A DNA stretch of 64,000 nt. Source: an uncultured Nitrososphaerales archaeon. GTDB lineage: Archaea > Thermoproteota > Nitrososphaeria > Nitrososphaerales > Nitrososphaeraceae. Location: NCBI GenBank assembly GCA_963695855.1, contig CAVOHZ010000010.1, positions 672,001-736,000 of the forward strand, in the 5' to 3' direction. The notes under the pieces were generated by a model that saw nothing but the letters and a program-made list of their open reading frames with translations, was not told the origin of the DNA and did no database searches. Position 1 is the stretch's first letter. Each line of letters begins with the position of its first letter. Made by a program: the position numbers and the translations under genes. Of this stretch, positions 62,444 to 64,000 are shown piece after piece.

Positions 62444-63382
62444 TTGGTAATGATAAATTTGAATGTCCTGGTTCCAGGGGCTGGTGGGCCTGCAGCAATA
62501 AATACAATAAAATCCTTAAGATTATCTAAATTTGATGGACAGATAGTCTCAACAGACTCCGATCCACTTTCAGCTGGTTTTTTCCTTAGTGATTCATATT
62601 ATGTTGTTCCTATTGTAAGCGACAAATCATTTATAGATGTATTGATAAAAATTATTAAAAAAAATAATATTAAAGTTTTGATGCCTTCATCAGGTTATGA
62701 TATCTATCAATATAGTATTAATAATCAGTTATTATCTGAAATGGGCGTGCAAGCAGTAGTAAGCAGGAAAGAAGTTTTAGATGTCTGCCAAGATAAATTA
62801 TTATCATTTAAAAAACTCTCAAACATATTCCCATTTGTTTTTTCAACACTTTACTTTGAGCAAATTGATAAATTTCCTGTTATAGCTAAACCGCGCTTTG
62901 GAAAGGGTAGTAAAGATATTATCAAAATCGAAGATCTCACTGATTTAAAATATGTGACTGCCAAATATAATAATATGATATTTCAAGAATATCTTCCAGG
63001 AGTTGAATATTCAGTTGACGTTCTTTCTGATCTAAATGAAAATCCTCTTATTGCCATTCCAAGAATACGTATTCAAACAAAAGCAGGAATATCTGTCAAA
63101 GGTAAAATCAAGAGAAATCAATATATTGAGAATTTGTGTATGAATTTGGCAAAACATCTCGGAATTAAAGGTCCGTGTGTTATACAATTAAAACAATCTG
63201 AATCCGGAGAATTGAAAATAATTGAAATCAATCCCAGATTTGGTGGAGGTACTTTTTTTTCTACACTTGCTGGAATTAATTTTCCTGCTTTAATTTTAGA
63301 TATGGTTTGTAATAAAGAAATAGTTCTTCCAGAGGTCTCAGAAATTACCATTATGAGATACTATGAAGAAGTAGTACTCTAG
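62444..63382 (+). CDS. ATP-grasp domain protein (CarB-like stand-alone)
   Basis: KPRFGKGSKD, QEYLPGVEYSVD and IEINPRFGGG. Confidence 0.87.
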   Translation: MVMINLNVLVPGAGGPAAINTIKSLRLSKFDGQIVSTDSDPLSAGFFLSDSYYVVPIVSDKSFIDVLIKIIKKNNIKVLMPSSGYDIYQYSINNQLLSEMGVQAVVSRKEVLDVCQDKLLSFKKLSNIFPFVFSTLYFEQIDKFPVIAKPRFGKGSKDIIKIEDLTDLKYVTAKYNNMIFQEYLPGVEYSVDVLSDLNENPLIAIPRIRIQTKAGISVKGKIKRNQYIENLCMNLAKHLGIKGPCVIQLKQSESGELKIIEINPRFGGGTFFSTLAGINFPALILDMVCNKEIVLPEVSEITIMRYYEEVVL

Positions 63383-64000
63383 ATAACATAATTTCGCTAA
63401 TCCATTAATCTCATTAGATATCTTACAGTATTCACATGATATCATGTTTCTCTAATTACTACGAATGAATATTTCAAATCATCAAACGAAATATTAAGAC
63501 AACAGAAAAGTATTTGGTACTCGCCTTGACTCCAGCAATTCTCTATGGCATTAAAATCTAGTGAACTAGCAAGAAAGTATTCTATTCTTATATTATATCA
63601 TCTTTAATTATTTTAGCTCAAGATGGTTTCAAGTGATTTTGGAACATTGTGAATTTACCTAATCTTTTCTTTACATGGTTTAGATAATCAACAATTGTAT
63701 TAATGGTGAACTTATTATATTGTGCAATTATATGTGTATCCCACAAGAAATAGACGCCCAAACCAAGTCGTTCTTTTGTATGAATCTGGAGCTGTTACAG
63801 TAGGTATTTAATTTTTAGAAATCCATTTCTTCATTCTTATCAAATATTGCTATACAAAGATAAATGATATCGGAATGCCATTTTCTTGGAAATCAGATTC
63901 ATTACTTGTTTGAATATGATCCTCTTTTGTTGTCTTCTAATTCCTGTCATATTTTTAACATTGTAAACTTTATATCCCTATATCAACCACTTCATGTTTT

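Noticed and set aside
518-63351. Numerous 60-100 aa ORFs overlapping or antisense to core genes
   Set aside because: Shadow ORFs with no motifs, explained by the overlapping real genes
63400-64000. DegT/DnrJ aminotransferase pseudogene
   Set aside because: Only a faint VVDIG-Y-KFTM-like fragment, not enough to call

Overview
AT-rich archaeal chromosome segment from an ammonia-oxidising thaumarchaeon (Nitrososphaerota). The assignment rests on the unsplit RpoA and RpoB genes, an acetyl/propionyl-CoA carboxylase operon, a class II RNR, a CdvB-like ESCRT-III gene, intron-containing tRNAs and the lack of L34e/L14e in the secY-cmk-cbf5 cluster; a Nitrosocosmicus-like genus is an inference from AT content and IS load. 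Most of the window is core: RNA polymerase/S12/S7, the end of the spc operon, tRNA-modification genes (elp3, sua5, THUMP, cbf5, taw1, kae1, bud32), larBCE plus a cysteine desulfurase, nrdJ and thiolase/DUF35. Accessory patches are decayed IS630/IS5 elements, a decayed integrase element at tRNA-Ser(GGA) and one intact IS5 with target-site duplication. Best leads: (1) an ArsR-wHTH/ATP-cone/class III RNR-like fusion lacking the glycyl-radical motif directly upstream of nrdJ, a candidate nucleotide-sensing regulator; (2) an unannotated core gene with a degenerate isoprenyl-diphosphate-synthase motif pattern; (3) a PurF pseudoenzyme; (4) an apparent inversion between two IS630 copies; (5) a structured intergenic RNA candidate; (6) several unannotated mini-proteins. 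All calls are by-eye motif recognition; no searches were run.
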